A stretch of DNA of 59,158 bases from the NCBI GenBank assembly GCA_964459515.1, contig CAYWML010000001.1, forward strand, positions 1 to 59,158. Reading direction: 5' to 3'. Position 1 is the first letter of the stretch. The number at the start of each line of letters is the position of its first letter. The translations under genes were made by a program, and so were the position numbers. The notes under the pieces were generated by a model that saw nothing but the letters and a program-made list of their open reading frames with translations, was not told the origin of the DNA and did not search any database. This DNA is from an uncultured Clostridia bacterium (GTDB lineage: Bacteria > Bacillota > Clostridia > Christensenellales > Borkfalkiaceae). Positions 27,461 to 37,138 of the stretch are shown here, one piece after another.

Positions 27461-28797
27461 AATTCTTCTCCTTCATAATCTGCGGTGCACCCGTATAAAT
27501 CGTAGCTATCCGCGCGTTCGATCCGCACGGGGTAATACATGCCCTGCGTTGCTTCTGCCGCATGAAAATACACCTTTCCGTCGATATCGGGTGCGCTGAA
27601 ATACGCACGCCCGACAAAACAGCCTTTTTCGTAGTCGATCCCGTCGCAAAGCACCGTAAGCGTTTTTCCCACGAAGCCATGCAATATTTCCGCGGAAACT
27701 GCCGCCTGCGCCTCGTACAACGCACGCACGCGCCGTTTTTTGGTGGCGTGGTGAACCTGCGGTTGCAGACGATACGCCCCCGTGTCCGGCTCTCGCGAGT
27801 AGGCGAAAAAGCCGCAATTGAACAGCTTCGCTTCCCGAACGAAGGAAAGCATGGCGGCAAACTCCGCCTCGGTTTCCGTAGGAAATCCGCTGATAAACGT
27901 CGAACGAACGGCTATTTCGGGAATACGTTCCCGAAGGCGTTTGAAAAGCCGCAAATAGCTCTCCCTCGTCCCCTTGCGGTTCATGAGTTTCAACACGCGA
28001 TCTTCCGAATGCTGCAAGGGAATATCGATATATTTCAAAATCTTATCGTTAGCGGCGATTTCCTCAATCAATTCCTCCCCGATAACGTCGGGATAACAAT
28101 ACAGCAAACGAATTTTTTGAATATTATCGAGCGCGGACAGCTTCCGCAATAGCTCGACAAGGCGATTTTCGCCGTACAGATCTTCGCCGTAGCGCGTCGT
28201 ATCCTGCGCGACGAGAATAAGCTCCGCCACGTCGCCCAAAGCTTCGGCTTCCGCCACGAGCTTTTCCATGGGATACGAACGGTATTTTCCGCGAATTTTC
28301 GGGATAAGGCAATACGTGCAATGATTGAAACAGCCGTCGGCGATTTTCAAATACGCATAATGCTCGTCCGTGGTGAGCACGCGTTCCCGAATATATCCGT
28401 CCGCGCCTTTTCCGACGTAATTCACTCGCTCGTCCTCGGCGTAGGAACGCTCTAATGCTTCAAACAGCTTTTCGTAATCGTTTATTCCCAAAAAGACGTC
28501 GGCTTCTTTTAGCGGCGCGAAAAGTTCGCCGATGAATTTCTGCGGCAAACACCCCGTCACCACGAGTTTTTCCAACGCGCCCTTTTTATGCTCCGCGCAC
28601 TCCAATATCGTTGCGATCGCTTCCTCGCGCGCGCTTTGCAAAAAGGCGCAAGTATTGACGACGACGATTTGCGCCTGCGCTATGTCGTTCGTCATACGAT
28701 AGCCGCGCGCTTGTATCAATCCTATCATCTTTTCGGAATCCACGCGGTTTTTATCGCAACCGAGCGAAATGACGCCGAATAATTTTTTCCTTAGCAT
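27457..28797 (-). CDS. rimO: Ribosomal protein S12 methylthiotransferase
   Basis: 446 aa. N-terminal LGCDKN, radical-SAM CFNHCTYC, and a TRAM domain. ATGA overlap with pgsA. Confidence 0.9.
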   Translation of the reverse strand: MLRKKLFGVISLGCDKNRVDSEKMIGLIQARGYRMTNDIAQAQIVVVNTCAFLQSAREEAIATILECAEHKKGALEKLVVTGCLPQKFIGELFAPLKEADVFLGINDYEKLFEALERSYAEDERVNYVGKGADGYIRERVLTTDEHYAYLKIADGCFNHCTYCLIPKIRGKYRSYPMEKLVAEAEALGDVAELILVAQDTTRYGEDLYGENRLVELLRKLSALDNIQKIRLLYCYPDVIGEELIEEIAANDKILKYIDIPLQHSEDRVLKLMNRKGTRESYLRLFKRLRERIPEIAVRSTFISGFPTETEAEFAAMLSFVREAKLFNCGFFAYSREPDTGAYRLQPQVHHATKKRRVRALYEAQAAVSAEILHGFVGKTLTVLCDGIDYEKGCFVGRAYFSAPDIDGKVYFHAAEATQGMYYPVRIERADSYDLYGCTADYEGEEL

Positions 28798-28830
28798 AAG
28801 CTCCTTCTTTGCGCCGAACGGCGCGCGTTT

Positions 28831-31800
28831 TTACAGCGGTCCGTACTTGCTTTCAAATTCTTCTTTCGTAATCAATACTTTTCTCGCCTTTGCGCCGTCA
28901 AACGCCGAAATGTAGCCCATATCCTCCATCCATTCGATAATCTTCCCTGCGCGGTTATACCCTGCCGAACATTTACGCTGTATCATGGAGATAGACGCGC
29001 TGCCGATCGACATAACGTGGCGGAGCGCTTCGATATACATGGGATCGATTTCCGATTTGTCCGCGCCTGCGCCGAAATCGTCGCCGCCGCTTGCGCGCGT
29101 ATTGTTGATGTACGCCGTCGCTTCCTCGTCGTAATAGGCTTCGTTGTTGGCTTTTATGAAATTGACGACTTTTTGCGATTCCTCCGGGCTGATAAACGCG
29201 CTTTGGACGCGTACGGGCGTATTGACGCCCGACATGGTGTACAGGAAATCCCCTTTGCCGAGCAATTTCTGCGCGCCCGATTGATCGAGTATAACGCGAG
29301 AATCGACGTCGGTCGCCACGTAAAAGGCAATTCTCGTCGGCAGGTTGCTCTTAATAACGCCCGTAATAACGTCTGTGGAAGGACGTTGCGTAGCCACGAT
29401 TAAGTGAATACCTGCGGCGCGCGCTTTTTGCGTAAGGTTTTGGATTCTATCCTCCATTTCCTTCTTTGCCGCAAGCATTAAATCGGCAAGTTCGTCGATG
29501 ATGATGACAATCTTCGGAAGTCGTTTCGATTTCTCCAACTGCATATTGTATTGATCGAGATTGACGACGTACGTGCCTGCGCGCGACATCTGTTCGAACA
29601 AGCCATAGCGACGGTTCATCTCGCCAATCGCCCAATTCAAACTTTGCACCGCTTTATTGACGTCGGTTATAATCTCGTTAATCATCAAGTGCGGCAAATT
29701 GTTATACAGCACGAACTCCGTTTTCTTCGGATCGATGAGGATCAAACGCAATTCTTCGGGGGAATATTTGTAAATCATGCTGATGATGAGCGAACCCAAG
29801 AACACGCTCTTACCCGAACCGGAAGAACCTGCCACCAACATATGAATCATTTTGGAAATATCTCCGTAGACCTTGCGATTGGCTACATTTTTGCCCATCG
29901 CGAACATCAAAGAGGAAGATTTCGCATTGACGAACGTATCGCCCGAAAGCATACAACCGAGCTTTACGAACTGCCGTTCTTTATTCGGCACTTCGATACT
30001 CACCACGCCGTCTTCGTAGTTGGGATAAATATTCACGCCGCTGGAATGCAAGTTGATGGCGATCGATTGATCGAGCGCGACGACTTTTCGCGGCGATATA
30101 CTGCGCGGAAGAGTTACGTTGTACCGCGTGACCGTCGGACCGAACGTGACCGAAGCGATAGACGCACCCGTCACTTTGAAATCCTCCAACGTCGCGATGA
30201 TCGTTTGTTTCGTTTCCTCCACTTCCTCTTCGTTCGAAGTGGGATTGATATCCCGACAATCGAAATCGTCCAAGGGAATACGCACGTACGGCCGAATAAT
30301 CCGCGGCTTCGGCGGCGCAGGCGGAGGCGGCGGTTCTACCGCGCGACTTTCTTCCGCTATTCCGCGATCGCGCGTGCGAGAAGCCGAAAAATCCGTATTT
30401 TCCGTTTCGTCGAAAACACGCCGAGAAGAACGATCTCTGCCGTTTTCGGGAATAAAATCTCCGTCTTGAGAAAGCCGCGTCGGCGGTTCTTCCTCGTCCG
30501 TTTCGTCGAAAAGGTGTAACCCGTCTCTGCCGCGCGTTTCCGCGCGTCCCCTATCTACGTTTTCGTTGCCGAAACCGAACGACGGCGTGCGTTCTACGGG
30601 CGGTTCGATAAAATCGCGACCGCGTTCTTCCGTTTCCCTTCCTCCGAACGAAGACGTTTCCGAAGAAGGATTTTGCGGCTCACCGCCGAAAAGGTTCGGA
30701 TTGGACGGCGAAAACAAATCCATATAATCGTGTCTTCTATACCCCTCGTCCGATTTTTCCGTCGGCGAAAGCGTTTCGCTATCCGCTTTCGGCGAAAATT
30801 CTTCCGCGCGCGAAAGCGTTTCGCGGTTTCTCTCGAAAAGCTCGTCGTTCCGTTCACTTTCTGCTAAGTAAGACGGCTTTTCGACGAAAGAAGGCTCGAT
30901 CGGTTCGCTTTCCCAAGGACGTAACGGCGTAATCGTTTCCTCTTCTTCCGTTGCCGCGCCAAAACCGTAACCGTCGTCGTTTTTCGGTTCGTTCCGTTCC
31001 TCGTTTGCGCGTTCTTCCACGACCTTAAACGGGTTTTCCTCCGTCTGCGCCGCATTCACCGCATTTTGATAGGCGTCGGTGTACGACGGCGTATATTCGC
31101 GATATATCGGCGGTTCTTCCTGCCGAAGCTTATTTACGTTGGCGTTCGGATCGAAGATCAAATTCATGCGGTAGTTCTCGTCGGGTGTACCGCCGAAGAG
31201 CAAACTGCGGCTGTCCGTCGGCGTAGGCGTTTGCGTTTCCGCGACGTTTCCGTCGAAATTCGCAAACGGAGAAAAGCCGCTTCCGACCTTTCCCTGCGAC
31301 ACTGCCGCTTCTTCTTGCAAAGATACGCGCGGCGTTTGCGGAACGGACGGCATACCGTAGCCGTCGGCATATCCGTACGCGTTGACAGGCGCGCTTTGCG
31401 TCTGCGCGAGGGGCGTAACGCTCTGCTTAGGCGTTTGCTCCGCCGTTTTCGCGGAGAACGCTTGCCGCGGTTTCGTTTCCTTTTTATGCCGCGTACGACC
31501 GCCCGTCAAAGCGAGATAGCCTAAGTACCCCGTAAAAAGCACGCCTGCGGAAAACACCACGATCGCGCCGAGAGAGGACATCACCGCCGAAACCCCGTAT
31601 GCGAGTATTCCGCCGAGCCAACCGCAAGCCGTTGCGGCAGGGAAAGCTTCCCCTGCGAAAAAGCAACGCAGGAGATAACCGTCGCGCGCCCACGAATACG
31701 TTTGCGCCGTATGCGCAATCAACGCCGCAAGATAAAAGCATACGCCGCAACATACGGCAAAACGTCTGTTTTTCACAAAGCGTTTCCCGATCAACCCCGT

Positions 31801-32028
31801 TAAGGAAAGATACAACGCACCGACCGCGCAGGGGTATGCCGTATACCCGAATACGCCCAGCAAAAAGCCGTGTATCCACAAACCGAAATCGCCGAACACC
31901 AGCGACCGTGTGCAAAGTATCAGCAAGGCGAGAAAAGAAAATATAGCGCAAACGGCGCAAAAACTCTCTTTCGTCACAAGCAGGGATTCTTTTTTATTTT
32001 CGTTCTTTTTTTCGTTCTTTTCGTTCAA
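28831..32028 (-). CDS. ftsK: DNA translocase FtsK/SpoIIIE
   Basis: 1065 aa. Four N-terminal TM helices, a long acidic/Pro-rich linker, a motor domain with Walker A GSSGSGKS, and a C-terminal gamma (winged-helix) domain. TTG start at 32028 after GGGGAGGGAG. Confidence 0.92.
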   Translation of the reverse strand: MNEKNEKKNENKKESLLVTKESFCAVCAIFSFLALLILCTRSLVFGDFGLWIHGFLLGVFGYTAYPCAVGALYLSLTGLIGKRFVKNRRFAVCCGVCFYLAALIAHTAQTYSWARDGYLLRCFFAGEAFPAATACGWLGGILAYGVSAVMSSLGAIVVFSAGVLFTGYLGYLALTGGRTRHKKETKPRQAFSAKTAEQTPKQSVTPLAQTQSAPVNAYGYADGYGMPSVPQTPRVSLQEEAAVSQGKVGSGFSPFANFDGNVAETQTPTPTDSRSLLFGGTPDENYRMNLIFDPNANVNKLRQEEPPIYREYTPSYTDAYQNAVNAAQTEENPFKVVEERANEERNEPKNDDGYGFGAATEEEETITPLRPWESEPIEPSFVEKPSYLAESERNDELFERNRETLSRAEEFSPKADSETLSPTEKSDEGYRRHDYMDLFSPSNPNLFGGEPQNPSSETSSFGGRETEERGRDFIEPPVERTPSFGFGNENVDRGRAETRGRDGLHLFDETDEEEPPTRLSQDGDFIPENGRDRSSRRVFDETENTDFSASRTRDRGIAEESRAVEPPPPPAPPKPRIIRPYVRIPLDDFDCRDINPTSNEEEVEETKQTIIATLEDFKVTGASIASVTFGPTVTRYNVTLPRSISPRKVVALDQSIAINLHSSGVNIYPNYEDGVVSIEVPNKERQFVKLGCMLSGDTFVNAKSSSLMFAMGKNVANRKVYGDISKMIHMLVAGSSGSGKSVFLGSLIISMIYKYSPEELRLILIDPKKTEFVLYNNLPHLMINEIITDVNKAVQSLNWAIGEMNRRYGLFEQMSRAGTYVVNLDQYNMQLEKSKRLPKIVIIIDELADLMLAAKKEMEDRIQNLTQKARAAGIHLIVATQRPSTDVITGVIKSNLPTRIAFYVATDVDSRVILDQSGAQKLLGKGDFLYTMSGVNTPVRVQSAFISPEESQKVVNFIKANNEAYYDEEATAYINNTRASGGDDFGAGADKSEIDPMYIEALRHVMSIGSASISMIQRKCSAGYNRAGKIIEWMEDMGYISAFDGAKARKVLITKEEFESKYGPL

Positions 32029-32057
32029 AGCTACTCCCTCCCCGATTATACTGCACT

Positions 32058-32086
32058 ATTATAACATTTTTTTTTACTTTTATCAA
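32058..32086 (-). promoter_or_regulatory. ftsK promoter
   Basis: The minus strand reads TTGATA (32086-32081), a 17-nt spacer, then TGtTATAAT (32063-32058). Confidence 0.55.
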
Positions 32087-32093
32087 TAGTTTA

Positions 32094-32149
32094 TACGAAA
32101 AAAATCGAGGAAAAAGGCGAGATTTTTCACTTCGACCTTTTTTCCTCGA
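32094..32149 (-). terminator. murC terminator
   Basis: Long hairpin tcgaggaaaaagg ... ccttttttcctcga (32105-32149), followed on the minus strand by TTTTTTT. Confidence 0.65.
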
Positions 32150-32164
32150 AAAAAATTCGTTTTT

Positions 32165-33514
32165 TTACAGTGTTTCGCGCAAAAGATACTGCGCGACGTA
32201 ATAAATATCGCCTGCCCCCAAGAACAAAACGACATCCCCCTCTTGCACGGTCTTTTGCAACCAAGTCCGCAAAGCGTATACGTTTTCCGTGTACAAACAA
32301 TTGCCGACGGCGCGCGCCAAAGCCGCCGCACTCCCCTCCGCGTCGTATTTTTCCCGTGCGGCGTACGTCTTGTAAATCATAAGATTGCCGACGGGGCGAA
32401 GGACGTCAACGAACTCGTCGAGCAAAAGCTTCGTCCGCGAATACGTATGCGGCTGAAAAACGACGTAAAGCTTCCCTTTGCAAATTCCCGTCGCCGTGGC
32501 GACCGTCGCGCTTATCTCTTTCGGGTGGTGCGCGTAATCGCAAATCACGCTTGCGCCGCAATATGCGCCGATACGTTCGAAACGCCTTTTCACCGCCGTA
32601 AACGATTCAACGCCGCGTATCGTTTCGCGTAGGGAAAAACCGAACGATCGCATGGCGGCGATTGCCGCCAAAGCGTTGTATACATTGCATTTCCCGACGG
32701 CATTCAGGCGCACCCTGCCCGACGTTTTCCCGTATTCCTCCAAGACGAAGGAATAGCGTTCCCCTACGGCGCGTAAATTCGTCGCGCGATAATCCGACAG
32801 CGGATTGTCTATCCCGAAGCCGACGTAATCGCCGAGGCGAAGCGCGCGCTCGTCGTCGGCGCAAACGAATACGCGCGAAGCCGCGTCGCAATACGAGCGA
32901 AAACACCGCTCCATATCCGTTTCGTCCTCGTAACATTCCAAATGATCTCTGTCGATATTCAAAACGATTGCCGCTTCGGGACGCAACAACAGAAAATTTT
33001 TCTTGTATTCGCAGGCTTCGGTGACGAAAAAATCTTCGCCGCAGGTATAGAAATTGCCGAATACGGAATCGAAGCCGCCTATATGCGCCGTAAACGTCGC
33101 TTTCGCGCTTCGTAAAATATGCGCGCAAAGGGCGGTGCAGGTAGTTTTCCCGTGGCTGCCGGCAACGGCGAGCGTATGCGGAAAACAAGCGGCTATTTTT
33201 CCGAGAAGCTCCGCGCGCGACCAAACGACTTTTCCGCTGTTTTTCGCGGCGAGAAGTTCCGCGTGCGTTTCGGGAATAGCGTCCGTATACACGACCAAAT
33301 CCGCCTGCCGCAACGCCTCGCGCTCCCCGTCCGCGCCGTAATACACGCGCACGCCGTGATAAGCCAGCGTTTCCGTTTCCTCGCTTTTCGCGCCGTCACT
33401 GCCCGATACGGCACAACCGCAAACGGAAGCAAGCTTCGCAAGCGCACTCATGCTGACGCCGCCCACGCCGATAAAATATATGCGCTTAAACGCTTTCAAA
33501 GCCTCTAAATACAT
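32165..33514 (-). CDS. murC: UDP-N-acetylmuramate--L-alanine ligase
   Basis: 449 aa. GVGGVSMSALA N-terminus and the Mur ligase P-loop GSHGKTT. Confidence 0.92.
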   Translation of the reverse strand: MYLEALKAFKRIYFIGVGGVSMSALAKLASVCGCAVSGSDGAKSEETETLAYHGVRVYYGADGEREALRQADLVVYTDAIPETHAELLAAKNSGKVVWSRAELLGKIAACFPHTLAVAGSHGKTTCTALCAHILRSAKATFTAHIGGFDSVFGNFYTCGEDFFVTEACEYKKNFLLLRPEAAIVLNIDRDHLECYEDETDMERCFRSYCDAASRVFVCADDERALRLGDYVGFGIDNPLSDYRATNLRAVGERYSFVLEEYGKTSGRVRLNAVGKCNVYNALAAIAAMRSFGFSLRETIRGVESFTAVKRRFERIGAYCGASVICDYAHHPKEISATVATATGICKGKLYVVFQPHTYSRTKLLLDEFVDVLRPVGNLMIYKTYAAREKYDAEGSAAALARAVGNCLYTENVYALRTWLQKTVQEGDVVLFLGAGDIYYVAQYLLRETL

Positions 33515-33554
33515 ACGCTATATGTATGCAAAATCGGCAACGTTTATACCTGTT

Positions 33555-33588
33555 TTCAAAAAAAGAGCACTGCGCGCGGCAATGCTCT
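33555..33588 (-). terminator. ftsZ terminator
   Basis: Hairpin agagca...tgctct (33564-33588), followed on the minus strand by TTTTTTT. Confidence 0.65.
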
Positions 33589-33594
33589 GACATT

Positions 33595-34995
33595 TTATTT
33601 ATCCTCGGAATTTTTTCGCATGAAGAAATCCACGAACCGCGGACGATGCTTGCGATCCACCGTTTCTTCCGCGCTCGCATCGGGAATGGGATCGTTCGGC
33701 TCGAACGGGGCGGCAGGCTGTTGCGGATATTGCGCGTTCGACATTTCTCCGCCGTACTGCGGACGATAAGCAATAGGCTGAACGGGTTGCGGCTGCGCGA
33801 AATTACCTGCGGCAAAGCCGTTGTTTTGCGTGCCGAAATTGTTCGGCGTAGCGAACGGCTGTTCGACGGGCGCGCCGTTGCGATTATTGTACGCCGAATC
33901 GATTTTCTTCGCCAAAACGGAAGCTTGACGGAAGGCGTTGTTCTGCATATCCGCGCCGACGGAATTTTGGTTGGAATTAAAGCCCGTCGCGATAATGACG
34001 ATCTCCACCTCGTCCGACATGCCCTCGTCGATACACGCGCCGAAAATGACATTTGCGGAATAATCGATCACGCCGCGCACCAAATCCGCCGCCGTGATCA
34101 CTTCGTCCAAAGACAGGCTCTTGCCGCCGATTACGTTGAGAATTACCGAGCTTGCGCCCTCGATTGTCGTATTCAATAAAGGACTGCAAACCGCGCAACG
34201 AACGGCGTCGTAAATGCGCTTTTCGCCCTTGGCTACGCCGATTCCCATATGCGCGAGTCCGCGCCCTTTCAACGTCGTTTTCACGTCGGCGAAATCCAAA
34301 TTGATAAGCGCGGGCTTGACGATGAGATCGGCTATGCCGCGAATACCCTGCCGAAGCACTTCGTCCGCGACCTTCAATGCCTCCGCAAAAGAAGTATCTT
34401 TCGGCACGACTTGCCGAATTTTATCGTTGGGAATGGTGATAATCGCGTCTACGTTTTTCCGAAGCTCTTCCACGCCGCCGAGCGCGTTATCCATTCTGCG
34501 TTTCGCTTCGAAAGCGAACGGCAACGTGACGACCGCCACGGTCAAGATTTTCATCTCTTTTGCAATCTTCGCAATGACGGGCGCAGCACCCGTTCCCGTT
34601 CCGCCGCCCATACCTGCCGTAACGAACAACAAGTCGGTATTTTTAAGCGCGGCTTGAATGGCGTCTTTATTCTCCTCCGCCGCTTGTTTTCCGATGGAGG
34701 GCTCTGCCCCTGCGCCCAAACCTTTCGTCAACTCGACGCCGATTTGGATACGGTTACGCGCGAGCGAGCGCGCCAAAGCTTGATTATCGGTGTTCACGAC
34801 GATATATTCCGCACTTTTCAACCCCGATTCTATCAAACGATTGACCGCGTTGTTTCCTGCGCCGCCTACGCCGATCACTTTGATTTTCGCGACGCCCGAT
34901 AAATTATTCGCGGATTCGCTTGCGGCTACGCCTGCGTTCTGCGCGGAATAGCCGTACTCTCCGTAGCCCGTTCTCTCTTCATAATTGTCCGTCAT
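33595..34995 (-). CDS. ftsZ: Cell division protein FtsZ
   Basis: 466 aa. Tubulin signature GGGTGTGAAPV and the C-terminal conserved peptide PRFVDFFMRK. Has a ~35-aa N-terminal extension and a long Q/P/N-rich linker. Confidence 0.95.
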   Translation of the reverse strand: MTDNYEERTGYGEYGYSAQNAGVAASESANNLSGVAKIKVIGVGGAGNNAVNRLIESGLKSAEYIVVNTDNQALARSLARNRIQIGVELTKGLGAGAEPSIGKQAAEENKDAIQAALKNTDLLFVTAGMGGGTGTGAAPVIAKIAKEMKILTVAVVTLPFAFEAKRRMDNALGGVEELRKNVDAIITIPNDKIRQVVPKDTSFAEALKVADEVLRQGIRGIADLIVKPALINLDFADVKTTLKGRGLAHMGIGVAKGEKRIYDAVRCAVCSPLLNTTIEGASSVILNVIGGKSLSLDEVITAADLVRGVIDYSANVIFGACIDEGMSDEVEIVIIATGFNSNQNSVGADMQNNAFRQASVLAKKIDSAYNNRNGAPVEQPFATPNNFGTQNNGFAAGNFAQPQPVQPIAYRPQYGGEMSNAQYPQQPAAPFEPNDPIPDASAEETVDRKHRPRFVDFFMRKNSEDK

Positions 34996-36176
34996 TTCTT
35001 TTTTCCTCCGAAGTTATTCAAAATCCGACGAAACCAACTTTGCTTTTCGCAATCGCCTATCGCCGTATGCAAAAGCGCGATCCGCGAAGAACAATTGGGT
35101 TTATCGTAATACGGCAAATCGGGATAAACGATTTCCGTTAAACGATTCAAACGATGCGAAATATGTTCCGCCGCGCCCTTTACCGCCATAACGCCTTCAC
35201 CCGTAACGCTGACGGCGTTTCCTTGCGATATCGGCGTTTTGTCTTGATAATGCCGCATAAAAAAGTTTTCCACTTTTTCGCACAGCTCGTCCAAGCCGCA
35301 TTTGATTACGTCGTTGATCTGTTGCACGAAAAAGCCGCCTTCCCCTTGCGTGCCGTTCCATTTCAAATTTTGCGGCACGCTTCCGCCCGAAATGTTCGCC
35401 GAAGCAAGTATCGCTTCCGCCACGGAAAGCTCCACGCCCAAATTTTCTATCAAAGCGACGAGAATACTGCCCACGCCGCAATCGAACGTTTCTTCGTGCA
35501 CGATACCGTTGCCGTAAACGACGGAAACGGAGCTTGTCAAAAAGCCTACGTCCAATAAAAACGCATACCCCTCGCGTTTGCGCTCCGACAAAAGATAACT
35601 CGCCTGCGCCAACGTAGACGGAATAAAATGCACGTTCGCAAATCCCATTTCCGAAAGCAAGCCGCACACCGACGCGTAAAAATCCTCGGACACGAAATAG
35701 TAGCAAAGCGCGCCTTTCAACATCGTCGTCGGAACGCCGTACAAGTCCTTTGCCGAAAAATACTTTCGATTGTCGCCGAGCGAAAAATACATCGCCGAAC
35801 GGCGTATGCACACCCCTTGCCCGAGCAAATCGTTCATGCCGCTCTCGAACAAGGCGTCCACGTCCTGCGCCATGACCTTCCGTTTAGAGAAGAACGACTG
35901 CGTATGCCCTTTCGTGCGAAGGGTGACGAAAGCCGACGGAACGCCGACGTAAATTTCCCCTATCGTACCCTCGTAATTTTGCACGACGGCGGTAATCGAA
36001 GCAATAACCGCGCGACGAAAAGAAGCCTCGTCCAAAAATCCGTCGAGAAAACAGCCCTCGTATTTTTCGCTGTGCATACCGCTGAAAACGAACGTGCCGT
36101 TGACGCCTTTCGCTCCGAGCAAAAAGGAGATTTCGTTCGATCGAATATCCAAAATCGCTACGCTTTCGTGCCTCAT
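34992..36176 (-). CDS. ftsA: Cell division protein FtsA (actin-like ATPase)
   Basis: 394 aa. Actin-fold N-terminus (ILDIRSNEISFLL) and a C-terminal amphipathic tail SWFRRILNNFGGKKK. ATGA overlap with ftsZ. Confidence 0.8.
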   Translation of the reverse strand: MRHESVAILDIRSNEISFLLGAKGVNGTFVFSGMHSEKYEGCFLDGFLDEASFRRAVIASITAVVQNYEGTIGEIYVGVPSAFVTLRTKGHTQSFFSKRKVMAQDVDALFESGMNDLLGQGVCIRRSAMYFSLGDNRKYFSAKDLYGVPTTMLKGALCYYFVSEDFYASVCGLLSEMGFANVHFIPSTLAQASYLLSERKREGYAFLLDVGFLTSSVSVVYGNGIVHEETFDCGVGSILVALIENLGVELSVAEAILASANISGGSVPQNLKWNGTQGEGGFFVQQINDVIKCGLDELCEKVENFFMRHYQDKTPISQGNAVSVTGEGVMAVKGAAEHISHRLNRLTEIVYPDLPYYDKPNCSSRIALLHTAIGDCEKQSWFRRILNNFGGKKK

Positions 36177-36262
36177 ACTTTCATCGCTCCGTATCGCCGC
36201 CCGAAAAAAAGCGGCAAGGGTTTTTAAGCCGAACTCCGCCGCAACGCGCGACGTTTTCTTAC

Positions 36263-36291
36263 ATTATACACTATTCGTCGCGAAATGTCAA
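36263..36291 (-). promoter_or_regulatory. ftsA-ftsZ promoter (perfect consensus)
   Basis: The minus strand reads TTGACA (36291-36286), a 17-nt spacer, then TATAAT (36268-36263). Confidence 0.65.
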
Positions 36292-36302
36292 TAAGTCAAT
36301 CG

Positions 36303-36331
36303 AAAAAAAACACGCTTTTCACGTGTTTTTT
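36303..36331 (-). terminator. ftsQ terminator
   Basis: Hairpin aaaacacg / cgtgtttt, followed on the minus strand by a T8 run. Confidence 0.65.
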
Positions 36332-36338
36332 CCTGCTT

Positions 36339-37121
36339 TTATTCCTGAAAACCGTCCTTTTCGGAATATTCGACGATTTCTTCCCCTCCGTTCTCGAAAA
36401 CCATAATCCTTCCGCAAAGCTTTTCCGCATCCGTCAAGGACAGGTATTTATCTATCGCCGAACGCGCTTTTTCCTGCGTATCCGTCGCGGAATCGCCGAT
36501 ATATATTTTCACGCCCTCGCGCATGGCAATACAGAAAATCGTTTCCGGATCGCGATTATACACCGAAACCCACGCGACGTTGCGGCGTATTCCGCCCAAG
36601 TTTTCGGAAAAAGCCGCGCACAGCGAAAGCATAGGTTGCAAACATTCGTCCCCCGAAAGCTTTTCGCCCTTTTTTCCCGAAACAGAAAGACCTTTCAAAA
36701 TTATGTTTTCCGCCCCGTTCAACGCATTGGTATGCGTACCGCGCACGCCGAGCAACGTGCCGTCCGAACCGAGGATATAGTAGTTGCCGTCGGCATTTTC
36801 CACCGCGTACACCTCTTCGTCCTCTTGCACGGAAACGATCAAGCGATCGGGGTACGATTTCTTAAAAGCGGTAATTCGGAAATAAGGGAACTCTTTTACG
36901 ACCTCTTGCGCCTTAGCTTCGTCCGCGAAAACGATGCCATCCTTTCGATAAACCGCCTCCAAGCGTTGCCGAAAAGCTTCCGCCTCCGCGCGCGCGCCCT
37001 CGGAAACGATCGTCGCCTGCACGGTGACTGTATCCACGCGATATATCGTAGCAAAGCCGAGCACCGCCGCCGACAAAAAAAGCAGCGACGATAAAACGAT
37101 TGTCCAAATTCTCTTTCGCAT
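36339..37121 (-). CDS. ftsQ: Cell division protein FtsQ/DivIB
   Basis: 260 aa with one N-terminal TM helix followed by a POTRA-like region. Start set to the ATG at 37121, after AGAGGAAGG and 18 nt past the murA stop. The 62-codon extension in the ORF track overlaps murA. Confidence 0.8.
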   Translation of the reverse strand: MRKRIWTIVLSSLLFLSAAVLGFATIYRVDTVTVQATIVSEGARAEAEAFRQRLEAVYRKDGIVFADEAKAQEVVKEFPYFRITAFKKSYPDRLIVSVQEDEEVYAVENADGNYYILGSDGTLLGVRGTHTNALNGAENIILKGLSVSGKKGEKLSGDECLQPMLSLCAAFSENLGGIRRNVAWVSVYNRDPETIFCIAMREGVKIYIGDSATDTQEKARSAIDKYLSLTDAEKLCGRIMVFENGGEEIVEYSEKDGFQE

Positions 37122-37138
37122 AATCCTTCCTCTTTCGT

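Noticed and set aside
24685-28830. A LexA/SOS box in front of recA or its operon, which would be expected if the 47.5-kb palindromes are LexA sites.
   Set aside because: My manual scan found no CGAAC-N4-GTTCG-like sequence between ftsK and recA. I record this as a caveat against the SOS interpretation, not as a feature.
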